A stretch of 59,575 bases of DNA from Candidatus Aerophobota bacterium (GTDB lineage: Bacteria > Aerophobota > Aerophobia > Aerophobales > JAGGVN01). The position numbers and the translations under genes were made by a program. Below, piece after piece: positions 52,473 through 59,575 of the stretch. The stretch is from positions 1-59,575 of the forward strand of contig JAGGVN010000075.1 in NCBI GenBank assembly GCA_021158005.1, given 5' to 3'. Every line of letters begins with the position of its first letter. Positions within the stretch are counted from its first letter, which is position 1. The notes beneath the pieces are model-generated. The model did not search any database, was not told where the DNA came from, and saw nothing but the letters and a program-made list of their open reading frames with translations.

Positions 52473-55241
52473 TTATCTTGTCACCTCCTTTAACTTCTCG
52501 AGCCTTTTCTCAACTTCGCTTCTCTGCTCCTGACTAACTTCTTTCTCCTGAAGAATTTTTTGATAAATCTTTTTTGCCTCTTCTACATTCCCCAGAGCTT
52601 CATAACATAATCCTCCTCGCAGATATGCCTCTATCTTCTTCTCTCCATATTGAGGATAAAGAATAGGAATTCTTAAATATTCTACTAAAGCCTTCTTAAA
52701 ATCTTTCTCTTCGAAATAAGAATCTCCTATGCCAAAATAAGCCTCTACAGAAAGTTTGGTATCTTCGCTGGTCTCCACTACCTTATTGTAGAACTTTCGA
52801 GCCTGAGAGAATTCCCTCTCCTTAAACAGAGTATTAGCCAGCCCAAAATAAGCCAGAGGAAGAAAATCACTCTCTTCAGGATACTTTTCCACAAATTCTG
52901 TAAAAGATTCCCTCGCTTTTTTCCATTCTCTCAGATTCTCCCAAGAGGAAGCTTTATAATAAAGTGAGCGAACCAGAATATCCTTAGTTTGCGCTGTTTG
53001 GAGTGCTTTTTCGTAGCAGGAAAGAGCTTCCCGAAATTTTTCTTGCTTAAAAAGAGACATCCCCCACCGATAATAAACTTCTCCCCTTAAAGAATCATAA
53101 GGGAATTTTTTAATAAATTGGGCATAAAATGAAGCAGCATTGGAAAAGTCTTTCAATTTATAAAAAGAATAACCTATCCAGTAATAAGCAGAAGGGAGTT
53201 CTGAGCTCCGGGGAAAATCCTCTATTAATTTCTCAAATTCATCTATTGCTCTCTGATAATTACCTTTTTGTAAAAAATGATAAGCTATTTTCAAATGCGC
53301 TTTCTCTGCCTCTTCAGAAACAGGATATTTCTCTATTAGTTGCTTAAAAGTCTTCAAATAATCATCCTCTTTCTCTAACCGTTGATAACATTCAGCTATC
53401 CGATAAAGAAAAAGAGGAGCTAAGCTACTCTCAGAATATTCCAAGACAAGGTTTTGAAAGGCCTGAAGGGCTTTTAGATAATCCTTTTGATTATACCAGC
53501 AATTTCCTATCTGGTAACGAGCATTAAGGACCAATTCCTCTTCTTCTGGATACTCTTTTACCACCTTCTGAAAAGCCTTTATAGCTTCGGAAAATTTATC
53601 TTGTAAAGAGTAGGTCCAAGCTATCGCATACTGAGCTGAGGGGGCATTAGGATCTTGAGGATAAGAAGAAAGAAACCTTCTATATCCATCCCTGGCTTCT
53701 GAATATTTTCCTAATTTATAATAAGAACCGGCAATTTGATAAAGAGCTGTAGGAAAAAGATCAGAAGAAGAATCTATTTTTGAATAAACCTCAATAGCTT
53801 CATCGAACCTCTTTAAATTAAAAAGAGAATTTCCCTTTTGCAAGAGAGAATTATCCACCCATTCTGAATCCGGATATTCCTGGATAACTTTGCTAAATTC
53901 CTCCAATGCTTTCTCATACTCCTTTTGTTTAAGATAACACCACCCTCTTTCATATTGAGCTCGGGAGGCTAAAGGGTCCTTGGGGAATTCATTGATAATT
54001 TTCTCAAAATATTCAAGAGCTTCTTTAAAATAAGAAAGATTAAAATAACACCTTCCTATATAAAAAATAGTTGAGGGAATATATTCTGAGGAAGGAAATT
54101 TCTGAAGAAGCTTAAGATAGTAATTTAATGCCTCATTCGATTTATCTTCATCAAAATAGGCACAACCCATCCCATATAATGCGTCATCTACAGACTCGCT
54201 CTCAGGGTAATCATTAATTACCTTCTCATAACACTCTCTTGCTTGTTCAAACTTGTTCTGGAAGTAGAGAGAGTCTCCCAGATGAACCCAAGCTTCGGAT
54301 ATCTTTAAACACTCTGGGGAAAAACTGATGTAATCCCGAAAAAATTTCTCTGCTTTCTCGTAATTTCTCTCTCTAAAATACATATAAGCAATACCATAAT
54401 TTGCCTCACAACGATATTCCTTTTCTTCAGGATTACTTAAAGATTTCTTATAAGCTTTTCTTGCTTCTTCATATCTTCCTAAAGCATATAAAGCTTCTCC
54501 TTCCCAATAATATACACCGGCCTTAAGAAAACTTTCTTTAGCTCTCTCAAAATCTTTCAGATAATAATAACAAAATCCTCTTTCTAAATAAGCTTTCTTC
54601 AAATTTTTAGAATCCGGGAATTTCTGAATAAACTCAGAATACTCTTTTGCGGCCTCTGAATAATTCTTATCTAAATAGAGAATCCGAGCAATATTATACT
54701 GAACTCCAGATATATCTTCAAAATCAGGAAAGTTGTCTTTTAACCTTCTAAAAGATTTTAGAGCCTCTTTATAATTCTGAGAATAAAAAAAAGCATATCC
54801 CAGAGAATAAAGAGCAAAGGGAAGACGCTGAGACTGAGGATATTTTTCAATTAATCTTCGATAAGAAGAAATTGCATTAGGGTAATCTTTTACTTGAAGG
54901 TGACACTCTCCCATCCAGTAGAGAGCTCTATCTATCAAATTACTCACAGGATAATTTCTGAGTAAAGTATTAAAACTGGAAATTGCTTTTTCATATTCCT
55001 CTAAATACCAGAAACTTAACCCCATTAAAAAATAAGCTTTATCGCAATTCTCATCCTCAGGATATTTATCAAGAAAAACTTGAAATTGTTCGCTGGCCAA
55101 GCTAAATTTATTCTCCTCAAATAAACCCTGAGCAAAAATGAATTGCTTCTCCGCTTCACTCAACTTTTCAACAGCTCTTGCAGGAGAAAGACATAAGAAA
55201 ATTAAAATACAAAATACTACTCCCTTTACTATTCTTCTCAT
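52473..55241 (-). CDS. Secreted multi-TPR protein (YbgF/CpoB-like repeats, ~20 TPR units)
   Basis: Signal peptide with an ARA-VE cleavage context. Repeated motif (A/S)xYxxGxCYxxxxxYxxAxxxFxxxxxxYPxSxxxxxAxY throughout. Confidence 0.85.
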   Translation of the reverse strand: MRRIVKGVVFCILIFLCLSPARAVEKLSEAEKQFIFAQGLFEENKFSLASEQFQVFLDKYPEDENCDKAYFLMGLSFWYLEEYEKAISSFNTLLRNYPVSNLIDRALYWMGECHLQVKDYPNAISSYRRLIEKYPQSQRLPFALYSLGYAFFYSQNYKEALKSFRRLKDNFPDFEDISGVQYNIARILYLDKNYSEAAKEYSEFIQKFPDSKNLKKAYLERGFCYYYLKDFERAKESFLKAGVYYWEGEALYALGRYEEARKAYKKSLSNPEEKEYRCEANYGIAYMYFRERNYEKAEKFFRDYISFSPECLKISEAWVHLGDSLYFQNKFEQARECYEKVINDYPESESVDDALYGMGCAYFDEDKSNEALNYYLKLLQKFPSSEYIPSTIFYIGRCYFNLSYFKEALEYFEKIINEFPKDPLASRAQYERGWCYLKQKEYEKALEEFSKVIQEYPDSEWVDNSLLQKGNSLFNLKRFDEAIEVYSKIDSSSDLFPTALYQIAGSYYKLGKYSEARDGYRRFLSSYPQDPNAPSAQYAIAWTYSLQDKFSEAIKAFQKVVKEYPEEEELVLNARYQIGNCWYNQKDYLKALQAFQNLVLEYSESSLAPLFLYRIAECYQRLEKEDDYLKTFKQLIEKYPVSEEAEKAHLKIAYHFLQKGNYQRAIDEFEKLIEDFPRSSELPSAYYWIGYSFYKLKDFSNAASFYAQFIKKFPYDSLRGEVYYRWGMSLFKQEKFREALSCYEKALQTAQTKDILVRSLYYKASSWENLREWKKARESFTEFVEKYPEESDFLPLAYFGLANTLFKEREFSQARKFYNKVVETSEDTKLSVEAYFGIGDSYFEEKDFKKALVEYLRIPILYPQYGEKKIEAYLRGGLCYEALGNVEEAKKIYQKILQEKEVSQEQRSEVEKRLEKLKEVTR

Positions 55242-55315
55242 TTTTCCCTCCTCATATAGTTCTTATAGCCTGTGTCTATATACACTCTAAAAATATAACT
55301 TCTATCTTCACGCTT

Positions 55316-55343
55316 ATTTTATTTAACAAATCCTTTTTGTCAA
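55316..55343 (-). promoter_or_regulatory. Sigma70-like promoter for the TPR/OMP pair (left arm of a palindrome)
   Basis: Minus strand: TTGACA (55343..55338), 16-nt spacer, TAAAAT (55321..55316). Confidence 0.4.
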
Positions 55344-55344
55344 A

Positions 55345-55373
55345 TTGACAGAAAAGATTTAATTTCATAAAAT
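55345..55373 (+). promoter_or_regulatory. Sigma70-like promoter for dnaE (right arm of a palindrome)
   Basis: TTGACA (55345-55350), 17-nt spacer, TAAAAT (55368-55373). The dnaE ATG is at 55382. Confidence 0.4.
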
Positions 55374-55381
55374 AGAGAAAA

Positions 55382-58300
55382 ATGAGTAAATTTATTCATC
55401 TTCATACTCACAGTGATTATAGCCTTTTAGACGGAGCCTGTTCTATTTCTCAGCTAGTGAATCAGGCTTATAAATTTAATATGCCTGCTCTGAGTCTAAC
55501 TGACCATGGAAATCTCTTTGGAGCTATAGAGTTTTATCAAAAAGCAAAAAAAAGAGGAATAAAACCTATCATTGGATGTGAGGTTTATATTGCTCCCCAA
55601 TCCCGATTTAAAAAGAGAAAAGAGGGAAGGAGAGAGAGCTCCTTTCATCTTACTCTTTTAGCTAAGAATAAAGAAGGATACCAGAATCTTATAGAACTGG
55701 TAACTTGTGGATTTTTGGAAGGTTTTTATTATAACCCCCGCATCGATAAAGAGATACTTTCCCGCAAAAGCAAAGGATTAATAGCTCTTTCCGGATGTTT
55801 AAAAGGAGAAATTCCCTCTTTACTTAAAGAAGGAAAATTTGAAGAGGCAAAGAAAGTAGCTTCCTTTTATCGAGATTTATTTAAAGATGATTTCTATTTA
55901 GAGCTCCAGGATGAAGGATTGGATGAGCAGAAAAAAATAAATGAGACTCTCATAGAATTATCTCAAAATCTATCTATTCCGGTAGTAGCTACTAATGATG
56001 TTCATTATCTCTACGAAGAGGATGCCCCCGCCCATGATGCTCTTCTCTGTATTCAGACAGGAAAGACTATTGAAGATAAAGAGCGTCTACGTTTCTCTTC
56101 TTCAAAATTTTATTTCACTTCTTCCGAAGAAATGGAAAAACTCTTTTCCTATATTCCGGAAGCTCTTTCCAATACCAAGATAATAAGTGATAAATGTAAT
56201 TTAGAGTTAAGCTTAGGAAAAAAGGTCTATCTTCCTTTATATAAAGCTCCTTCTGGATATAATCTCGATAATTACTTAAAAAAACTTTGTGAAGAGAACC
56301 TTCCCAAGCGTTACCCCCAAATTTCCAGGGAGGTAAAAGAGAGGTTAGATGAGGAATTAAGGGTGATTTTCCGGATGGGTTATTCTGGATATTTTCTTAT
56401 CATCTGGGATCTCATTCGATATGCTAAAGAAAAAGGGATTCTTGTAGGTCCGGGCAGAGGTTCTGTAGCCGGGAGTATAGTAGCTTATCTTTTAGGAATT
56501 ACTAATGTAGACCCTCTTGCTTACGGACTTCTCTTTGAACGGTTCTTGAATCCTGAAAGAACAGCTATGCCCGACATTGACATAGATATTCAAGATAATC
56601 GACGGGGGGAAGTCATTACCTATGTAAGAGAAAAATACGGGAAAGAAAACGTAGCTCAAATTATCACTTTCGGAACTATGGCCGCTCGAGCTGTTGTTCG
56701 CGATGTAGGAAGAGTCTTGGGAATTCCTTATGCAAAAGTAGACAGGATTGCCAAGCTTATTCGTTTCAATGCAAAACTAAAAATAGCAGTAGAAGAAAAT
56801 GAAGAATTAAGAATCCTCATAAATAGTGAGGAAAAGACAAAGACTCTTTTCAAAATTGCTCAGAAAATAGAAGGTCTTACGCGTCATGCCTCTACCCATG
56901 CTGCCGGGATAGTAATTGCTCCGGGAAAACTCACCCGATATACTCCCTTATATCGCACTAATAAGAATGAGATAACTACTCAATACGAAATGCATTCCCT
57001 GGAAGCTATTGGTTTACTTAAAATGGATTTCCTGGGGCTCAAAACATTAAATGTTATTCAGGATATTCTCCAGACGGTGGAAAAAGAAAAAAAGAAAAAA
57101 ATTAACCTGGAGAAAATTCCTTTTGATGATAAAAAAACCTATGAGCTCCTTTGCCGGGGAGAAACTATAGGTGTTTTTCAAATAGAAAGCCCAGGAATGC
57201 AAGAGTTAGTGAAAAAATTACACCCTGAAAAATTTGAGGAAATTATTGCCCTTCTGGCTCTCTATAGACCTGGACCCTTACATAGCAAAATGATAGACGA
57301 TTTCATTAATAGAAAAAAGGGGAAAAATAAAGTAGAGTATCTTCATCCCGGGTTAAAATCTATTTTACAGGAAACATACGGAGTAATTCTTTACCAAGAG
57401 CAAGTAATGCGTATTGCTAATTTACTGGCGGGTTTTACTTTAGGAGAAGCCGATATTCTTCGCAGGGCTATGGGTAAAAAAGACCCCCAATTAATGGATG
57501 AGCAGAGGGAAAAATTTATTCAAGGAGCAAAAAAAAGGGGAATTAACCCTTCGGTAGCCAAAAGAATATTTGAGTTAATGGCTCATTTTGCTGGATATGG
57601 TTTTAATAAATCTCATTCAGCAGGATATGCCATTATTTGTTATCAAACAGCTTATCTTAAAGCACACTACCCCTTAGAGTTTATGGCAGCTTTACTCACC
57701 TCAGAAAAAGAAAATACTGATAAACTTATTCTTTACTTCAATGAGTGCAAACGAATGGGAATAGAAATACTTCCTCCGGATATAAATTCTTCCTTCTCTC
57801 ACTTTACTATTACCAAAGATAATAAAATAAGATTTGGACTTTCAGCTATAAAAAATGTAGGGGAGGCGGCGATTTCCTCCCTTCTGGAAGCAAGAGAAAA
57901 AGGAGGAAGATTTACTTCCATATTCGACTTTTGTAGACGCGTAGACTTAAAAGTAATAAACAAAAGAGTAATAGAGAGCCTGATTAAGTGTGGAGCTTTT
58001 GATTCTCTTCCTGGGTACCGTTCTCAAAACTTAGCAGTTATAGATAGAGCAATAGAAGAAGCCTCTCAAATCCAACAGGATAGAGATAAGGGGCAATTAT
58101 CGTTTCTGGAAACATTAGAAACAAAAGAAAATGACTCAGTGATAGAGAAATTTCCCCAGATTGAAAAAACTCCAAAATCAAGAGAACTATTATGGGAAAA
58201 AGAACTCCTGGGAATATATATGAGCGGGCATCCTCTGCAGAAGTTTGTTCCTATAATTACTCACTTTGCTATCGATTCTATTAAAAAAATAAAAGAGAAG

Positions 58301-58837
58301 AAAAGGGACGGCAAAATTAAAATAATGGGAACGATAAACAATCTCACTTTTCAAAAAGATAGAAGAGGGAAAACGATGGTCTTCTTTACTCTAGAAGATT
58401 TAGAAGCAGAAATAGAAATAATTGTCTTTTCTTCTCTCTATGAAAAATGCAGGGATACTCTGGAAAGAGATAAACTGGTGATCGTAAAAGGGAAATTAGA
58501 GCAAAGTGCTCGCTCTTTAAAAGTAATTGCTGAGGAAATACTCTCTTTTTCTAAAATAAAAAAACTCAATTACTACCTTAATATAAAGCTGAAAGAGGTT
58601 CATTGGGAAGAAAAAATTTTAAAAAAACTCAAAGAAATCCTCTCTTCTCACAAAGGAAACCACTATCTTTATTTACATCTTCTTGATTCCCGGGGAAAGA
58701 GAACAGTGATAAGATCCCGGAGTCTCAGAATAGACTTTTCAAATTCTTTAATTTCCCGGGTAGAAGAACTTTTAGGAAAAGAAACGATACTGCTGAGCGA
58801 GGAAGAAAATGGATTTAAAGGTAGAGAAGAGAATTAG
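55382..58837 (+). CDS. dnaE: DNA polymerase III alpha subunit
   Basis: PHP domain start FIHLHTHSDYSLLDGA, polymerase core (GPGRGSVAGSIVAYLLGIT, PDIDIDI), HhH and OB-fold tail. 1151 aa. Confidence 0.97.
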   Translation: MSKFIHLHTHSDYSLLDGACSISQLVNQAYKFNMPALSLTDHGNLFGAIEFYQKAKKRGIKPIIGCEVYIAPQSRFKKRKEGRRESSFHLTLLAKNKEGYQNLIELVTCGFLEGFYYNPRIDKEILSRKSKGLIALSGCLKGEIPSLLKEGKFEEAKKVASFYRDLFKDDFYLELQDEGLDEQKKINETLIELSQNLSIPVVATNDVHYLYEEDAPAHDALLCIQTGKTIEDKERLRFSSSKFYFTSSEEMEKLFSYIPEALSNTKIISDKCNLELSLGKKVYLPLYKAPSGYNLDNYLKKLCEENLPKRYPQISREVKERLDEELRVIFRMGYSGYFLIIWDLIRYAKEKGILVGPGRGSVAGSIVAYLLGITNVDPLAYGLLFERFLNPERTAMPDIDIDIQDNRRGEVITYVREKYGKENVAQIITFGTMAARAVVRDVGRVLGIPYAKVDRIAKLIRFNAKLKIAVEENEELRILINSEEKTKTLFKIAQKIEGLTRHASTHAAGIVIAPGKLTRYTPLYRTNKNEITTQYEMHSLEAIGLLKMDFLGLKTLNVIQDILQTVEKEKKKKINLEKIPFDDKKTYELLCRGETIGVFQIESPGMQELVKKLHPEKFEEIIALLALYRPGPLHSKMIDDFINRKKGKNKVEYLHPGLKSILQETYGVILYQEQVMRIANLLAGFTLGEADILRRAMGKKDPQLMDEQREKFIQGAKKRGINPSVAKRIFELMAHFAGYGFNKSHSAGYAIICYQTAYLKAHYPLEFMAALLTSEKENTDKLILYFNECKRMGIEILPPDINSSFSHFTITKDNKIRFGLSAIKNVGEAAISSLLEAREKGGRFTSIFDFCRRVDLKVINKRVIESLIKCGAFDSLPGYRSQNLAVIDRAIEEASQIQQDRDKGQLSFLETLETKENDSVIEKFPQIEKTPKSRELLWEKELLGIYMSGHPLQKFVPIITHFAIDSIKKIKEKKRDGKIKIMGTINNLTFQKDRRGKTMVFFTLEDLEAEIEIIVFSSLYEKCRDTLERDKLVIVKGKLEQSARSLKVIAEEILSFSKIKKLNYYLNIKLKEVHWEEKILKKLKEILSSHKGNHYLYLHLLDSRGKRTVIRSRSLRIDFSNSLISRVEELLGKETILLSEEENGFKGREEN

Positions 58838-58874
58838 TTAAAGAAGAAAGTCAGAAGAAAAGTGTAGAGAATTT

Positions 58875-59321
58875 ATGAAAAGATATATAAATAAAAAAGC
58901 AGAGTATGAATATAAGATTCTAGAAAGATGGGAGGCAGGAATTTCCCTTAAAGGGATAGAAGTTAAATCTATTCGCGAGGGAAAGATAAACTTCACTAAC
59001 AGCTTTATTCGCATAAAAAGAGAAGAGGTATTTCTCTGCAATTTCCATATATCACCCTATTCCAAAGGCAATAAGTCTGACTACGAGCCAAAAAGAGAAA
59101 GAAAGTTACTCCTTCACCGAAAAGAAATTAAAAGTTTGATCGGAAAATTAACCCAAAGAGGCTTGACATTAATTCCATTAAGTATATACTGTAAAAAGGG
59201 AAAGATTAAAATAGAAATAGGGTTAGCAAAAGGAAGGCGACTGTTCGATAAAAGAAGAAAACTTCGAGAAAAATCAGCAGAAGAAGAAACAAAAAGAGTC
59301 TTAAAATTATTCAATAAATAA
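58875..59321 (+). CDS. smpB: SsrA-binding protein SmpB
   Basis: NKKAEYEYKILERWEAGISLKGIEVKSIREGKINF and a basic C-terminal tail. Immediately followed by the tmRNA. Confidence 0.95.
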   Translation: MKRYINKKAEYEYKILERWEAGISLKGIEVKSIREGKINFTNSFIRIKREEVFLCNFHISPYSKGNKSDYEPKRERKLLLHRKEIKSLIGKLTQRGLTLIPLSIYCKKGKIKIEIGLAKGRRLFDKRRKLREKSAEEETKRVLKLFNK

Positions 59322-59323
59322 AA

Positions 59324-59575
59324 GGGGGCGATGTGGATTCGACAGGGATAGAGAGAAAGAAACTGCATACCAAGGTTGCTGGGTACCTTGTTAATCCATC
59401 CAGCGAAAAAATAAACGCCATGCCAATGGCTCCTATTTGCCTCAACTAAAAGAAGGCAACGTCTCTCTATTCTCTTCTCTACGGAGTAGAGAAGGCGTAA
59501 GAAAGTAGAGATAGTCTTATTCTAATGCAGGTAAGGAATAAGATGAAACTCTATCCTGCAAACTTTCTCTTCATC
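59324..59575 (+). ncRNA. ssrA: tmRNA (ssrA), 5' ~250 nt; 3' end lies beyond the window
   Basis: Starts GGGGGCGAUGUGGAUUCGACAGGGAU (compare the E. coli 5' end GGGGCUGAUUCUGGAUUCGACGGGAU). An A-rich GAAAAAAUAAAC sits upstream of a GCC codon (E. coli has AAAAAAUAGUC GCA). Located 2 nt after the smpB stop. Confidence 0.85.

Noticed and set aside
1-59575. Search for mobile elements, prophage genes, toxin-antitoxin pairs, restriction-modification or other defence systems, tRNA/rRNA genes and CRISPR arrays
   Set aside because: None of the translated ORFs shows transposase, integrase, recombinase, nuclease-ATPase defence or phage structural motifs. No tRNA-like cloverleaf signatures or spaced direct repeats were seen in the intergenic regions. 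The window reads as core chromosome.

Overview
AT-rich (about 35-38% GC by eye) chromosomal segment from what looks like an uncultivated, diderm, probably anaerobic bacterium. I call about 47 protein genes plus the 5' part of a tmRNA. Most genes lie on the minus strand in long co-directional, tightly packed strings. Content is mainly core metabolism and housekeeping: recG, rpmB, prfB (with the programmed +1 frameshift), argD, the pyrR-pyrB-pyrC-carA-carB operon with a PyrR attenuator leader, ispE-spoVG, ribD, asd, aspartokinase, an Opp/Dpp-type peptide ABC transporter, dnaE, and smpB followed by ssrA. I saw no rRNA, tRNA, CRISPR array, transposase, integrase or recognisable defence genes, so this is not an obvious accessory island. 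No single compelling novel system stands out. The best candidates for a second look are: (1) a GspK-like pseudopilin fused to a lamin-tail domain that is split by a K/E-rich insert, with three acidic DxDxDG motifs; (2) a cytoplasmic sulfatase-fold enzyme with Thr at the formylglycine position, next to a HAD hydrolase; (3) a five-gene sugar cluster combining a LarA-type enzyme and a deoxyhypusine-synthase-like enzyme with gnd and PPi-PFK; (4) a pseudo-NDK plus NDK fusion protein; (5) a DUF39 plus NIL-ferredoxin homocysteine-synthesis pair; (6) a small protein built from near-identical 33-nt in-frame tandem repeats (ENEKAHQQMRE) whose copies differ only synonymously; (7) an aspartokinase split into separate catalytic and ACT cistrons with a TTG/stop overlap; (8) a palindromic back-to-back promoter pair that would make dnaE nearly leaderless; (9) a tmRNA whose best-placed tag frame lacks the usual Ala-Ala end. 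All functional calls rest on my reading of motifs in the supplied translations. No database search was run.
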